21,359 nucleotides of DNA from Octopus sinensis (taxonomy: Eukaryota): NCBI RefSeq assembly GCF_006345805.1, contig NW_021823972.1:1-21359 (forward strand), in the 5' to 3' direction. Each line of letters opens with the position of its first letter. Position 1 is the stretch's first letter. The notes beneath the pieces are model-generated. The model was not told the DNA's origin. It was given only the letters and a program-made list of their open reading frames with translations, and searched no databases. Of the stretch, positions 19,694 to 21,359 are shown one piece after another. A program made the translations under genes and the position numbers.

Positions 19694-19980
19694 CACGTGA
19701 TCCCGTGACCAACCAGGCTATCAGATGTTGCTACACATCGCTGGTCACAATGCGCTTCGCATTGTTTTAGCCTTCAAATGGCGCTACCCCGCTGGCTAAG
19801 CGAGCAGGCCAACAGAAGAAAGAGTGAGAGAAAGTTGCGGCGAAAGAGTACAGCAGGAGCCTCGTGGAGCTTCAGGTGTTTTCGCTCAATAAACACTCAC
19901 AACGCCCGGTCTGGGAATCGAAACCGCGATCCTACGACCGCGAGTCCGCTGCCCTAACCACTGGGCCATTGTGCCTCCAC
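19694..19980 (-). mobile_element. Type A SINE with tail 2, 22-nt internal deletion and 12-bp TSD
   Basis: Head as in 18129. Tail ends GGTCACGGGATCACGTGAT. TSD GAAACTAA(T/C)AAT at 19682-19693 and 19981-19992. Confidence 0.9.
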
Positions 19981-20052
19981 GAAACTAACAATACTAGCCA
20001 TTTATTATATAATATAATACTAGCCATATAATAAATGGCATGTAGAAACTAA

Positions 20053-20272
20053 AATACTAGCCATATGGATCGAAGGTATGGGCTATATACCATAAACTAA
20101 TGGGGAAAAATAACTGAAAGCATTTATAATAAGACGCATGGGACAGAAACCGGTCATGAACATTACATGGAAAGACAAAGACAAGAACATCGCCGTCCTA
20201 GAGAAAGTTAAGCTTCGTAGTCTGATGCAACGAAATTTTAGCTGGTTTGGACATATCCGAAAAAGGGATTAA
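20053..20272 (+). pseudogene. RTE-clade LINE ORF C-terminal fragment
   Basis: YGSKVWAIY..EK*LKAF..VMNITWKDKDKNIAVLEKVKLRSLMQRNFSWFGHIRKR matches the YGSETWT..KLxAF..ILxIxWxDKxxNxxVLxRA..RLRWxGHVxRM pattern. Weaker similarity may continue to about 20420. Confidence 0.85.
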
Positions 20273-20494
20273 ACTAACCGCCAATACAAATATACAATAA
20301 AATAGTTTTATCGATAAGAAATCAGTGTATTGATATCAAGGATGTGGCTAAACATTGACAAGATTTAACGTAGGACACAACAGCTGAGGAGAGGAACCAG
20401 AAAAGTTCTGTGTACTTCTGATACTACAGTTCACATTTCAAACAGACACTCACCATCAATATCGACGGACTGCTTTTGATAATGATGAAGAATT

Positions 20495-21005
20495 CGTGTC
20501 TATATGTGTATGTATTTGTTTAGGTAAATTCTATTTGTATCTATGTAGGTATATATGCAAACATTCAAATATATATGTATGCATTCAAGTATGTATATAT
20601 TTATATTCGTTTGAACGTATGTATGTATGTATGTATGTATGTATGTATGTATGTATGTATGTACGTACGTACGTATGTATCTTACTATGTATGAATATGT
20701 GTATTTATGTACGTATATATGTATGCATAAATGCTTGTGTGTGTATGTGCGCATGTATATATATGTATGTAATTATGCAGTGTATAGTAACTATGTGCAT
20801 TTATCTTTGTATGTATGCGTATGTATATATGCATATAACTTGTATGTAGTATGTATATAACTATGTATTTAAGTAAGTATGGTATGTATGTCTGCATGTA
20901 TATATTCCGTGTATGTATAAGAACGTATGCATATGTATGTGTATATAGTGTATATATACACACACACACACAGTATGTAATGTATGTGCGTATATATGTG
21001 CGTAT
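20495..21005. repeat. Degenerate TATG/TA/TG microsatellite field
   Basis: (TATG)n core at about 20618-20665 within cryptic TA/TG repeats. Confidence 0.92.
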
Positions 21006-21090
21006 ATATGGCGGTGCCCCAGCAATATGGCGGTGCCCCAGCATGGCCACAGCTCGTGAGCTGAAACTAGATAAAATAAAAATAAATAAA
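21006..21090 (+). mobile_element. SINE tail remnant with a 19-bp tandem duplication
   Basis: ATATGGCGGTGCCCCAGCA x2 (21006-21024, 21025-21043), then TGGCCACAGC..CTGAAACTAGATAAAATAAAA, similar to the tail at 5516-5570. Confidence 0.7.
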
Positions 21091-21094
21091 TATA

Positions 21095-21197
21095 CGTATG
21101 TCTGTAAGTATGTATGTATGAGTGTGTGTATGTGTGTATATGTGTGTATGTGTGTGTGTGTGTGGTGTGTGTGTGTGTGTGTGTGTGTGTGTACACG
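21095..21197. repeat. (TG)n / TATG microsatellite
   Basis: TG-dominated run. Confidence 0.93.
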
Positions 21198-21230
21198 TCG
21201 CTATACAACGCTGTCGACCAGCAGCATCTT

Positions 21231-21359
21231 TCAATCATTGTCAAGAAGTTCTTTAGCTTTATTTGCGTCTCGCTGCCCGATATCTGTTGATAGTGATTGG
21301 TAGAGTGGTGTTGGCGTTGGCGTTGGACGGCGGACGATGGACGGAGATGGACGTAGCAG
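21231..21359 (-). CDS. Possible 3' end of a host coding exon running in from the window edge; product unknown
   Basis: Unique, GC/CpG-rich sequence. One minus frame reads LLRPSPSIVRRPTPTPTPLYQSLSTDIGQRDANKAKELLDND* (stop 21231-21233). The other two minus frames are also open at the edge, so the frame is not determined. Confidence 0.3.
   Translation of the reverse strand: MLRPSPSIVRRPTPTPTPLYQSLSTDIGQRDANKAKELLDND

Overview
Eukaryotic, AT-rich, repeat-dominated window. The organism is probably an octopod cephalopod, inferred from the microsatellite load and tRNA-headed SINE families resembling those described from Octopus. There is no confidently identifiable intact host gene. Contents: (1) a tandemly duplicated, internally deleted mariner transposase pseudogene (~0.4-2.1 kb); (2) about 20 tRNA-derived SINE copies or fragments from at least five body types, several with target-site duplications and with heads and tails shuffled between families; (3) a fossil RTE-type LINE reverse transcriptase broken by later insertions (18.6-20.4 kb); (4) large (TA)n, (CA)n, (ACC/ACT)n, (TATC)n, CT-rich and TATG-rich microsatellites, which explain nearly all ORFs in the supplied track; (5) a possible terminal coding exon on the minus strand at the right edge. 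The most interesting signal is a tRNA-headed SINE (5580-5816, minus) whose body carries a recognisable but degenerate hammerhead-ribozyme core. Two more CUGAUGA-containing relics lie at ~4.8 kb and ~12.0 kb. Also notable are near-perfect hairpins in non-microsatellite sequence (8280-8316, 10096-10170) and a 65-bp inverted, apparently templated copy (14112-14175 vs 16031-16095). All alignments were done by eye; no database search or folding program was run.
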